This document shows positions 37,356 through 50,524 of a stretch of DNA of 64,000 nt, one piece after another (the stretch's first letter is position 1; every line of letters starts with the position of its first letter). Made by a program: the position numbers and the translations under genes. Origin of the DNA: the human T2T-CHM13v2.0 reference genome, Homo sapiens; the NCBI RefSeq assembly GCF_009914755.1, contig NC_060925.1. One strand, 5' to 3'. Below the pieces are notes generated by a model, which was given only the letters and a program-made list of their open reading frames with translations, searched no databases and was not told the origin of the DNA.

Positions 37356-40300
37356 GTCTGCAAAGCTCATGCCCTCAGTACTATACCTTACAGACTAATA
37401 ATTGGGAAAATTCTTAAAGAACCAAATCAATTTTTGTCAGCATGGTAGAAGCTAAGAAGACTCTCTTTGTCACTCAGATGTGCTGGCTGATTTAACTCCA
37501 CCATGACCTTTAGCTGTGCCCCTTCAGCCATGCTCAGTTCAAAGCTGTACTACTGTTATGTAAGCAGCAGTTTTGGACAAGTAGGGGGTTCCCAGGTCCT
37601 CTTCAGGTACTGGAGATGTGCCTCCGTTGTGTGGAATTACAGGCTGAGCTGCTACAGAGCCAATGGGAAACATGCATCACCCCTTATTTGACAAGAGGCT
37701 TGCTTCGAGCAGGACTTCAACTTCTGCCAAATTCTGAGTCTGGCAAAAATTGCCTTGCTCTAGGGGACCTTAGGTCATCTTCAGGTCTCAATCCTACCCT
37801 CAGTAAATGGCCTAGAATACTTGCTGGGCTTGAGATGAAACCACTGGAGTCCACTGGTTCTTGCAGGAGTATTTGCATTTCAGTGGGCAGCAGAGGTAAC
37901 TCAAAAGATGGAGGAGATAGTTTGTAAATGGAGTGAAGAAGATAATTGGGAGAATACAAGGTCAATGGGCAGGCCCTGAAATCATTTTGCTTAGGTTTTA
38001 AGATTGCTCACAGACAGACTGTATTGACTTCCATGAATAATGCTCTATCTCATTTCTGGGCCTTTGCAACATGCTCCTTCCTCTTCCTGGGACGCTTTCT
38101 CTGCTCTGTGTTTCCTTCACTAAGCCAACTCCACCTCATTTCTGAGACTTCAGTGCAAATGTGACTTTCTTACTGCCCAAGTCTGGGTTAGGTGTCCTCC
38201 TCTGTGACCCCATCATCCCCTCTGACTGGGTCTCCACAACACTCTGCAGTCTACACACTGTATTATAAAGGCCTATCTGCTCGTTTGACCCCCTTCTCCT
38301 CCCCACCTCCTTTACAAGCTACTCTCTGGGGTGGCAGGGGCCTTGGCATCCCCAGCACATAACACCATGACTGCATGCAGTAGGTATTCCATTCTTAATT
38401 GCTGCTTAACAATATGCTTACATGCACACTCTTAGATTCATTTGCCTTTCTGTGGATAATCATACTTTCTTAGGACACACCTTTCCCCAAGAGAGGCAAA
38501 ACAAAACAAAACAAAAAAAGCCTAGGCTTTAGAACCACAAGATTTGAGTTCCTAATTCCAGCCCCTTTGCTCATTGAGTCCAATGCTTGTAAATGAAAAT
38601 GACACCTGCGTGTAAGGCACATGAGAGGGTGTAGGGAGTGCTCTGTAGGGAGTACACAGCACAGACTTGGGTGTCTCTCCTTTTCCACCACAGCTCCAGC
38701 ACACATGCTCTACCCATACAGCCCCCCAGCACACATACACAGGCACACATGCCTTTTCATGGGCTGAGCCTGATGGGATTAGCAGTATTTGGGCAGACTA
38801 AGGGACGCTTGAGTGATTGTCACAAGGTTAAAGAAAGAGAGGCTGCCAGATGCTTGGGAAAAACAGAAGGCGAGGATTCAGACCAGAACTCCTTCTTCAG
38901 GCTCCCAGCTCCTCTGGGCTGTGGGAAGTCCTTAGGCTGTCTTTTCTCCTTCATTTTTTGAGCCTGCAGAGTGCAGAGCTCTTTTTTTTTCAGTTTGGAG
39001 ATTCATTTATCTGCATTCTAATTTTAAAATTTCCCCATGTGCAGAGATGACTTTGATCTTTAGCAGGAGTTTATTTCTTCCTATTAGCATCACATTATAC
39101 AATCTATGACAGATTAATCACAGCTATTGTTGTACTGTTTATTCTACACACTGTATAATTTTACTTTCAAAATGTTATTTTAATTAAGAAGGAAGTGCAT
39201 TAGGGGAAGGCATTTTCCTGACAGACAGGCTTCTCTGGTCCCACCAAGCAAGCGTATGCCCTGTACTGCCTACAATGGCAACATCTCCAGCAATGAACTC
39301 AAGTCCCAGGGAGCAAGTGAGACCTGGGGTTTTCTGCTGTCACAGGACGACTGTGAATAACTTGAATTATATGTATATATATATTGACTATGAAGCTGAA
39401 TTATATATTTTGCCAAAAATTTTTCTTCATTGTCTTTTTAAAAAATAGCATGTCCTTGTACCACATAGCCTAAAGAATGTAGCTGGAGTTTGATAGAAGG
39501 CTTTAAAGGGACAGAGTTGGGCCTGTGGCCGTTGAGGTTTCTTTATCTTACATGTGAGTCCAGCCTGCCTCAGCTACTTCCTACCTTTATGACCCTGGGC
39601 AAGTTACTTAACCTCTCTGAGCACCGAATTCCTCAGAGGTGGAAGAACCCTGCTAAGGATGCGGATGGAGAGCTTTAACCATGACAGTGCAGGTAAGGGA
39701 CTTTGGAATGTTTCTTGGCATATGGTGAGTGCTCAGTCAGGGGGTCCTTTGATTCCACAGACACATTTCCTTCTGCTCAGACCAAGCTAGGGGCAATGAG
39801 GGGGAGAAGCAGACTTCGCCAACTTGACAGTTTTGCAGGGGGCCCACCCTGGTTTGGAAAGGGTAACCACTTAGAAGCTGCAGAATCTAGAAACACATTT
39901 CAACCTCACCATTTACCCTCAAGTTCTGGACCCAGAGCCAGAAACCAAGCTGGTTGGAGCAACAAGTTCATTTTTGAAAAAAGAAAAACATTTTGTGGTG
40001 AGGGAAAAAATGCTTGCACAAGAAGCCCGAGGAGAAAAGCTCTTATGTGTGATGTAGTTCCACTGGACAGAGATGAAATAAATGGCTGCTTTGCCACCAA
40101 CGCCACAGGGTGGGGCAAAGGCTTGATTTAAACTCTGCATCTGATGTGTACTTTGGTGCAGATAAATCCCAATTCAGTTGTATGGTATCGATGCTAATAT
40201 CACACTGTCAGACCTGATTGACTTGATTAAAGTGACAAGGAGGCCTCCTCAGTCTCCCTTGGAAATAAGTAAGTCTATGTTATGGCAGGAGCAACTGGAG

Positions 40301-41826
40301 GTGAAGAACTCCTATCCTGGAAATGGAACCTAGAAACTATAGGCCCCTGACAAAAAGCTGCAGAAATGGAAGAAGGAAAATAATAAAATCTAAAGCATCT
40401 ATAGGATAAAACCACCATTCCCACTTGGAATCCTGTATTAGTTCAAGGGATAACCACAGTTCCTTTGTTACGTTGGAATTTTGTCATTTCAAATACTGAG
40501 CCCTTCGGCATAGAGTATTCAGCCTTTCTTTTTTGTCTCTGATCAGCAGAGCTGAATTCAGTATAGTACTTGGAAGAATTTGTCTTCAAATATAGTCATT
40601 AAATTGAATTGAGTAAAATTATTCCAAGAAATGGGCTATTATTTGGGATCATTCATTGTAGAGAAATATTTGTTGTGATGGGACTTAAACCACGTTCTTT
40701 AATAACAGCTGGGATCTGTTAAGGTGGAATAAAGGTATATATGGAGGTAAAACTAAAGAAAGCGCATATGGCATTGTCATTAATGGAATTTAGAATGCAG
40801 TTAATATATGAAACAGGTCGCGTGTCCAGGAACAGCACACAATGTCACACTGTTCCAACTGCAGCTTTAGTGATCTTTCCACCACACTCCTTGCACATAT
40901 GGAGGGAAAGACAAAATTGGTTTGTATTGGAAGAAAGGGAGGTTTACCCTGCACATCAAGTGCAGTATTTGCAGATCTCTCAATAGAGAAATGAGGCACA
41001 GAGCATGTCTTTTTATGGGGACATTTCTTTTCCAATGAAAACAAGTTCATTGGAAACACCCTGTCTTAGTTAACATTTTTATAGGCTCTGATATACTTTT
41101 TGGCACTTTTATGTAATGCAGATATTCGTTTAAACTTCAGAAAGAAAAGTTAACACAATTTCAGTTTATTCTACACATTTTTCCAATACTAGGGCCTGGT
41201 AAACATTATAAGCTGTCCCTCCAGCTGCTGATGGCTCTGAGGATTGCTATTTGGCCTCTAACAATGTGACTCTCTTTTGTAGCATTTTCCTCTTCAGGTT
41301 ATTCTTTGCCTTCTTCTTAGAAGAAGAGATTCAGGTCTAAACTCCTTGTTGCCTCTCACCACTCTGTCATCCCTGGGAAATCTCCAATCACTGACTATAA
41401 AAAGGTGGTTTGGCTTCCCTAGACCTCAGAGCAGGTCTACAACAATAGTCACTAAAAATGGGCATTGTCCAAGGTTTGCAAAAAGCCAGAGAAGGGTTCC
41501 AATGTTAATGGTTTCAAATAGCTGTTTTAAAAGGTAAAACTAATAATAAAAACATAATAAAAATTATAGTCAGGCATCTCGCAAATTTAAAGTATGTCAT
41601 AGAAGTGCATAATACAAATGATTCTAGTTAGTGTGCTAAGATACATTGTGCTAGGATACGAAGAGATGTGTTGGCACTGTCTGTTTCTAGCTGTGCCCGA
41701 CCCATGCGGAGCAGCTCAAAGAATGCTTTGCAAGAAGAATGGCACAAAGCTGGCAGGGCAAGAAGACACCAAACAAGACAAAGTGAAGAAGGGACCTGAA
41801 TGTGTTCCATGCTTTGTAGGTGTCAA

Positions 41827-41833
41827 ACACACA

Positions 41834-41877
<44 letters not shown>
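41827..41877. repeat. (CA)n microsatellite
   Basis: About 25 units with one interruption. Confidence 0.95.
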
Positions 41878-41880
<3 letters not shown>

Positions 41881-42184
41881 CAGGATGTATTTTTTTAGTT
41901 TCTTTTAATACTTTTTCTTCTCAGGTTTGGTATTTGGATCAGGACCAGTGAAGTCAAGGTTAGTGTGATGGAAGTAATTGCAACCTTAAGGGAAGATATT
42001 TGCTAAGGCCTGCTCAGGATGGGTCTATACAAAACAGTGAAGGAGGTAACACTCCTTTTAAATGTCTCTCCTCTCCTCCCTGCATCCCCTCCAAGGCCTA
42101 TGCACACCTAGGAACATCCCCTGTCCAGGCTGGACATGAGGCGGGAGGTAAAGCACTGCACTAGCAGTCAGGAATCTTTGGATA

Positions 42185-42244
42185 TCAACTCGACCCATTT
42201 TCATGTCAACTCGACCCATTTTCATGTCAACTCGACTCATTTTC
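42185..42244. repeat. 21-bp tandem repeat, ~2.9 copies
   Basis: Unit tcaactcgacccattttcatg, starting at 42185, 42206 and 42227. Confidence 0.95.
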
Positions 42245-42499
42245 TACTTGAACCTGGGAAAGATCATTTATCTCCCTGGACCCCAGTTTCTTCAGATAAA
42301 ATGAGTGGCTTGGACTATATGATTTCAAGGGTTTCTTTGAATTGAAAGTTGCTAAAATAAATTGATCCACAATAAGGCAACCTCTATCATAAGTCTGTTC
42401 ATTTTGACATAAACTGCCTGTAAAGGGCAATGCTTATTCGAGAGGAATAACTCCTTTGCTTGCCAAATAAGGAACAGGGTTTGCGGTTTGCTTTTTAAG

Positions 42500-42549
42500 G
42501 TGTGTGTGTGTGTGTGTGCGTGTATGTGTGTGCGTGTGTGTGTGTGTGT
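42500..42549. repeat. (TG)n microsatellite, interrupted
   Basis: Direct observation. Confidence 0.9.
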
Positions 42550-42569
42550 AGCAGGTGGTTTGGAGGCTC

Positions 42570-43760
42570 AAGAGCATTTTTATCCTTCTCGTTGTCCACA
42601 CTGAAAATCTTGAGGTTATCTTTGACTTTTCTTTTTCCACCTAATATCTGATTCATTTGCAAATCCTAGTGGTTCCACTAGAATATCTAGAACATGATTA
42701 CCTCTCATTGCCTCCCATGTTACTATGATCCAATAGACCATCATCTTCATCTCTCACCTGGATTATAGCAATACTCTCTTAACTGCTCTCTCTGCATCCA
42801 ACTTTGTCTCCTTTCAGTCTATTCTGAACACCAGTTCCAGCCAGATTGACCCTGCTAAAACTTCTCTTCCCAAAACCTTCCCTTGGTCTCTGCATCAGTC
42901 AGTTTGAGCTAGATTATGCTCAGGTGACAAGCAACATCAACATCTCAGTGACTTCACCAAACAAAGTTTATTTCTCATTCAAACCACATGTCCCATGAGG
43001 TAGAGCAGAAGGGCTCTGTTCGTCACAGTCCCTTGAGAACTGAGCCTGAAGGAGACTCCTGAAGTCACTGAAAGCAGCAACACTGTCAGCGCATTTCACA
43101 CAATGGTTCTTAAAGCTTCTGCCTGAAGTGAACACATCTCCTCCACTCTCATTTTGTTGGCTGAGCAAGTCATATGGCCATATATAGCTTCAAAGGGACA
43201 AAAACAGGCAATCCTATCGTATGGCCAGAGGGGAAGAATGGAACTGTTTGACTAAAAGCATAATAGCAACCACAGTTTCCCATCTTATTCAAAGGATAGC
43301 CCACTTCATCCTCCTCAGGTTCCTCCAGGGTCCTGCATGGTGTGCCCCATTGCCCCCAGCCCCATTACCTGTCTGATCCCACCTCATTCTACCTTCCCTC
43401 TCCCTCCACTTTCACTCCTTCAACACTCCAGGCATGCTGCCCTCGGGGCCTTTGCACTTGCTGTCTACTCTAGAATGCCCTTCCCCAAGACACCTGCAGT
43501 GCTCTTCTCTAAGTACTCTAGAATGCTCTTCCCCATGACATCTTCCCCAAGATGTTTCCCCAAGACATCCCTCACTTCTTTCAAGTCTTTGCTCAAGTGC
43601 ATCCTTCATATTGAGGATTTTCCCAGCCACTGTAATTAAAAATACACACCCCACTCTCCCCACCGCACCCCAGCCTCCTTATCCTGCTTCTCTGCCTTAT
43701 GTTTTTTCTCCTGAATATATCATCATGTAGTACAATGTATAAGCAACTGATTTATTTTGT
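42570..43760 (+). mobile_element. L2 fragment with a nested MLT1-type LTR (~42892-43275)
   Basis: L2 motifs (atctctcacctggattatagcaata; gggcctttgcacttgctgt) flank an MLT1J/K-like block (aaagtttatttctcattc...ttggctgagcaagtcatatggcc). Confidence 0.6.
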
Positions 43761-46745
43761 GGCAGTGTAGTTGTTTGAAAACTGAGCTCTGTATTACTTA
43801 CAGAAGTTAAATCCATGGCTCCTTCACTTCCTAGCTAGCTCCCTTGAGGAAATTACCTAGCTTCTCTGTGCCCCATTTTCCTTGTCAGTAAAGAGGGTTA
43901 GTAATAGCACCTACCTCACAGACTGGTGGTGAAGGTGAAATATGTGAAGCAGGCAGAGCAGGCGCACAGTAATAGCATTTGCTATTCTTATTTGTTGTCT
44001 GACTTGCTGCGTTGGGATGTAAGCTCTGTGGGGAAGTAATATTTGTCCTATTTCAGCCCCGAACTCCAGAGCAATGTCTGACACACACTAGGCACAGCAG
44101 AAATATTTCTTGCATTAAAGTGTGACTGCTTGAATGACTAGTGCATCCGGCAAGCTGGCTTGCACTCACTGTCCTCTGGCCCCTTAATGACCTTCAAGGT
44201 CTCTGGGTCTCAGCATGGGGAGGACTGCAGAGGGGATGGCTCCTCCCGCCCAGCCAGACTGCACATGCTCAGGGTCCCCGAAGCAACTTCCTCCATCACT
44301 GAGGGGACTTCCCTAGATGTGATGATGTGTGATGGGTGGCATGGGCTCATGTTATCGGGAAGCATCCTGATGCACTTTGAGTCTGAGTATAAAATGGACC
44401 CCAGAGTGCTGATAAAACCTGAGTAGACTCTGGGTCATCAGAAAGTCAGCCCCGATGTGGAGCAGAGTGTACTGCCTTGAACCCCACACTCTGCTCCCAT
44501 GGTGCCAGGTATGCCTGTTCGTTTTGAAAAATGGCCACTTGCTATTGTCATGATTTGTCTGTCTCCTGTGGGGAGTGCTAAGTGCCCAGCAGTGGTCCCT
44601 GGGCCAGGCACATAGTAGTTGCTCAATAAAGGTTTGCTAAATGACTGAGCCAAAGGATTCTTAAACCCCTTTGAGTGGAAGCCAAACTGCACACACTCTC
44701 TGGTATATTTGAGGGAATTTTAATCCCTCGAAGTATGGGACGTTGCAAAGAGAGCTATCAGAGTCAAATGTTTTCCTTGTAATTGGACAAATTAACTTAA
44801 CAGCACGAACTTGAACTACCTTAATGGAGAGCATTTGGATTTCTGGGATGTTGTAGTGCTTTCTGGTCCAATGTATCAGATCTTCACAGGTGGGTCATCA
44901 GCCTGAGGGAGCTCAGGGTGAAATCAGCAATTTCCTGGTCTGTCCCATCCAGGGTGCCCAGCAGCTTTCCATGGTGGAACTGGCTTAGGGTTACAAAGCA
45001 AAGTGTAGATGCTGAGAGAAAATTCCTGGCAGTGAGGACACTGAGAATGGTTCGTGTTCCTAAATATGTTACATATGGGCAGTTTTTAAGGTGTATAGGG
45101 GTGAGAGGAGGCCCGGGGAGAGTATCAGGTACTGTAATTCTTAGTTCTGGACTTGATTCTGTTTGCCAACGTCTGATTCTGTGCAAGGCCCATGGGGAAT
45201 CCCTTTCCTGTTTGTTGCTTCTCTCAACCTTTGGGCCTTAAGTGAAAAAGGTCCACAGGATGGGAGCCCTCCACAGATGACATGAGGTAAGAAGCGAGAA
45301 TCAGGGGGTTGCTTTCTTTTTCACCTTGGGACTTGGCATGGGAAGTTGTCAGCCAATTTGCTTACTCCACCAGTGCCCGCCTTGCAGGTTACTTGCTGGG
45401 AGCTCTCCACCCCCGCCCTACCCCATCCCTGTTGGGTCCCCTTTCTCTTACTGGGAAAACAGGGAGAGCTGTGCTTGTGACTTGTCTGGGGCTTAGCCCC
45501 AGGGGCAATGGTGAAGCAGGTAAAACTTACCTGTGCTCATTGCTCTCTGTGGCTTCCCAACCCTGTTGCTTCTTCAAACCCTATGTAGCCTTAAACTGAA
45601 ACTGTGTAGCCCAAGGGAGCTTTTTATCTTTGTGTGTTTGTCCATTTCTTCATCTGTAAAAAGATAGTAATAAAACATGCATTTCTATAAAGTTGCTTGG
45701 AGGATTAAATGAGATAGTTCCCATAATGAATGCCCGATATCATCAATTTTGCCTCTCACGAGAGGTTCTGACATCACTGCTTTACATGTTAGTAGCTTTA
45801 AGCCAGCATTTCCCAAGAACAGCTGCCTTTAGCAGAGTGACCCCCATGGAAGGAGCCTTGGCATTAGGACAGCAGTTTGGGGAGGTGCTCCCTGGGTTTG
45901 AGGTTCCAGTGCCCCTGGAAACCACATTAAATAGAGAGTTACCTGCTCCTTCTAGGAAAGACCCTTTCTGCTTCCTTCCTGAAGGAGGTTGCAGGCGATG
46001 ATGAAATAAGGTCTGACAAGCACTTGTAAGTCCTTTACAATCTGCTCTCCCTCCTTTTTCTCTTGAAAAAAGACTTATGATACAGGAGCCAAAAATATGT
46101 CTTTTTGCCATTTTGCTTTTAGAATGTTATATCATTATCATATTCATATATTCTAGAGCTTTGCTGCTGGAAGAGGCTGTTTTTAAAAAAATTGTCATGC
46201 ATTCCCTTGGCCGAAGGAAACCTCTGAGTTCCCAGGCTATTTGAGAGAAAATTCCTAATCAGCACAACTTTAGTTTGCACTGATTGAATATCAGCTTTTA
46301 TCAACAGTTTAAACAGAATTTCCAAATCAACAAATCAGCACAGTCCACAATATATTCCTAGTTTGGCATCTGTCCTTGTGACACCACCTCTCTGGATTAG
46401 ATTCTGCTGGTGAAATCTGTTTAACTTAGCCAGACTGCTGTGCTAATTGGTACCACTGAGATGTTCAGAAGTCTGAACTTTGATCTGATGAAAACAGACA
46501 TTATTGAAACAGAATTTTGTTTGTTGGCTCGGGGAGTATTGGCTCCTGGAGTCTTTCTGCTGTCAAGTTGCCGAAGGGCCATTTGTTTATGAAATTTATT
46601 GTCTGGGGAGGAATAGAATCTGGGGAAGTGAATTTAAAGATTTATTCCCTCAAGGACAGACTCATATGGAAAAAGACCATTGAGGAAAAAAACTTTTTAA
46701 GCTTCTTCTGCAGGTACTGCTTGTCCATATCCAGCGGGTCATGGA

Positions 46746-46811
<66 letters not shown>
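46746..46811. repeat. Compound (TC)n(TG)n microsatellite
   Basis: Direct observation. Confidence 0.95.
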
Positions 46812-46814
<3 letters not shown>

Positions 46815-47780
46815 GGATACCAAGAGGATCCACTTTACAAAAAACCAGTAAGCTACAACTCAAACATATAGAGAAAATAGGGAGATTTTCCACATATCAG
46901 AAATGCATTTTGCAATGCCCCTTTCAGTGCCCCAGATTTGAAAAAAGAATCGCAAATTCAATTTACGCACAGTGTTTTAGGAATACAGGCACAGTGTAAA
47001 GCGAGGCACACCTGTACATTATTTAATAAGAAAGCATTTCTCTAGGATAAACAACCTTTTTACAGAGTCCTGGGTTCTGGGTTTTGAAGCTTAAGCTACA
47101 TAAGGTATGAATTTTCATCTCAACAAATTTCCCCTCTTAACTTATAATTCAGTTTAAAATATTTCAAGGCTCAATAACAAACTCAGTTACAAGATTATTG
47201 GGAAAAGTCAGTGTTTTATTTGCCGATGTTGATCTATTTACTTTCTAGTGTTGATCTGTTTATTTGCTGTATCACTCTTTTCTTGGTCCTGAGGGTTTCT
47301 TTTTGAGATCTGGCCTGGCTCCCACACAGCCTCTGTTAAGCTGCTTGGTAGGCTGTGTTCTTTGTGTCTTCAGCACCCTCGCCATGTCCTTTGATGAGCT
47401 GGTGGCCTCACCTTATTCTGGGTTCTTTGAGTGATGCTCCACCCACAGGCTCAGGGGTGAAGCCTGTGGCCTAGGCCTAAGGCAATCAGCACATCACTTT
47501 CCCTGGCTACAGAGCTCGGTTCAGGAGTGGGCATGTGGCCCTGACAGGCTCAGTGAGATGCAATGAGATTCTGCTGGGAGGAGAGACCTCAAAGTAGGCT
47601 GTCCTTCCAACTTGAACCTGAGGCAATGTAAGCTGGAGCTGCTTGGGTTGCACTGGGACATGAGCTTTTCTTGACAATGGAGCCTTGGGTGAGTAAGCAG
47701 AGCTGAGATACGGGGACAGATTAACAAGGTGATAAGGACAGCTTTGATCCCTCTAGCCAGCCGTGCCTGAGGCTGGACAT

Positions 47781-48150
47781 ATGCCTTAGTCTGTGGGCAT
47801 TGCTATAACAAAATACCAGAGACTGGGTGGCTTAAACCACAGACATTTATTTCTCACAGTTCTGAAGACTGGGAAGTCCAAGATCAGGGTGCCATCATAG
47901 TTGGCTTCTGGTGAGGGCCCTCTTCCTGGCTTGCAGCTGGCAGCCTACTTACTGTATCTTCACATTGCCCAGAGGAGAGACAGAGAGAGAGAAATTTTTG
48001 GTCCTTCTTATAACAACACTAAAATCCCACCATGAGTGCCCCACTCTCACCTATACCTAATCATATCCCAAGGTCCCCACCTCCAAATACCATCACATTG
48101 GCGGCTTCAATATATGATTTTGAGGGGCATACAAACATTCAGACTTGTAA
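47781..48150 (-). mobile_element. MaLR LTR (MSTD/MLT1A-like) nested in an older MLT1 LTR (~47400-48235)
   Basis: tgctataacaaaataccagagactgggtggcttaaaccacagacatttatttctcacagttctg...ccacctccaaataccatcacattgg. MLT1 motifs continue on both sides. Confidence 0.75.
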
Positions 48151-49057
48151 GTTATATAGACTTATAAATTAATATTTGGCTTTAGACTAATTGGGCTGAG
48201 TTCTTTGTCACTTGTAGCTGAGCTTTAACTAATAGAGAAACACATCTTGGAGACCGGCATGTTTGAGTCCTGCATGTTAAGAGTTTCCATTTGTTCCAGG
48301 ATTAAAGCTTTTTCTTTCTCCTCTACCCCATTTTTCTTTCCTTCCTCCTGAGCACAGGTGTGTCCCACATTGGAACATTCTGAATCAGAGTTTTGAGTCT
48401 CATGTTGCTTTGTATACCTGCTTCCTGGATGGAAGATAACTCAGCCAATTACTATAATAAAAAGACTATGAAAAGGTTTAGACTAAACCCTGTTTTCATT
48501 TTCCTGCAGGTTTTCCTACACCGCGACTTCCACAGTAAATCTTTATATACCTCAAGTTTATTTTGGGCCATAAATGGTTCCATAGAATCAGTCTCATAAA
48601 GGTTACCATTACCTGCTATTTTTCAAATGGTCTGGAATTAAACATTTAGGCAACCAGAAGTGGTTTGATTATCTAGAATGTGGCAATGGATAGCCATGAT
48701 TTTGCCAAAATACTCCAACTTTGCAAGATTGTTTTTACGTGTTGGTCGATAGTTAAAACCATGATGACCACTCGGCTGGCTGTTTCTCTGCGGGACTGGA
48801 GTCACTGGCAGATATTGCCAATCTTATTTCCAAAGTGGATGGGGAAAGTGGGAGGCCTCCAACATTGGATTTAGTGTGAGCTAATATGAAAATACTGCAG
48901 GTGGCGAAAGAAAATGGGTTTTGAAGTCAGTAGACTTGCATTCTAATCCCATCCTAACTGTGTGGAAACTTGGGCAAGTCACTTTACTTCTCTAAATCTT
49001 AATTTTTTTCATCTGTAAATTGGGAATAATAATACTTACTCTATAAAGCTGCTATGA

Positions 49058-49343
<286 letters not shown>

Positions 49344-50327
49344 CTGCTATGAGGATTTTAAAGTTCATAAAATAGTGCCTGACAGATTAAGACTCAACGG
49401 TTTTCTTTCTCCCTCTGCCATATACATTGGGACAAACAATGCCCTAGGAATCAGGAGATGCTTCAAGCCCTGGCTTTATTCCTGATCACTATGACACTAA
49501 GTAATTCTGTCCTTTTTTCCATTGTGGTAGCAGAATCAATATCATTGTCACTGTTTTATAGATGAGGAAAGTAAGGTTTAAAGACTTAGACAAGGCTTCT
49601 CACCAGTAAGTGGAATTGGAAATTGAATCCATCTTGAAAATTAAGGCAAATTCCATTCATCTAACCACCCACCCATTCATCCCTTTATTCAGCAAGTATT
49701 TATATATGAGTATCTACTCTGGACCAGGCAACATATTAAGTGCTTAGGTTGCAACAATGAACAAAATAGTCCCTGTCCTCACGGAGCGTAATGGTACTTG
49801 GAGTTTTTCCTTTTTAACTTGCAGAGTAATTATCAGGCCCAAAAAAGACAAGAAATGTGAAAGTGCTTTGTCAAGTATAAAGCACAGTCAAATATAAACT
49901 AACTTAATGAAATAAAGCTTGAAGACAAGATTAGAGAAAAAAGAATGAAAAGGAATGAGCAAAGCCTCCAAGAAATATGGGACTATGTGAAAAGACCAAA
50001 CCTACATTTGATTGGTGTACCTGAAAGTGACTGGGAGAATGGAACCAAGTTGGAAAACACTCTTCAGGATATTATCCAGGAGAACTTCCCCAACCTATCC
50101 ACACAGGCCAATATTCAAATTCAGGAAATACAGAGAACACCACAAAGATACTCCTTGAGAAGAGCAACACCAAGACACATAATCATCAGATTCACCATGG
50201 TTGAAATGAAGGAAAAAATGTTAAGGGCAGAAAGAAAGACTGGGTTACCCACAAAGGGAAGCCATCAGACTAACAGTGGATCTCTCTGCAGAAACTCTAC
50301 AAGCCAGAAGAGAGTGGGGGCCAATAT

Positions 50328-50338
50328 TCAACATTCTT
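50328..50338. repeat. Target-site duplication tcaacattctt (second copy 52930-52940)
   Basis: Identical 11-mers flank the whole LTR12-SVA composite. The empty site ttctt/aaag fits the L1 endonuclease TTTT/AA preference. Confidence 0.92.
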
Positions 50339-50524
50339 TTTTTTTTCCTATATAAAAAATTTATTAAGAGACAAAACAGTTAAGCTGAAAACCTTTAAAA
50401 ATAGGTCTTACTGTATTTGTGGGTATTGATCCCTGGTCATTAGGTGACAAGTGTTGGAGAAAGGGATGCCATAGGGCATAAATAATCCTTCAATGATTTT
50501 TTTTTTCTCTTTCTTTTTTTTTTT

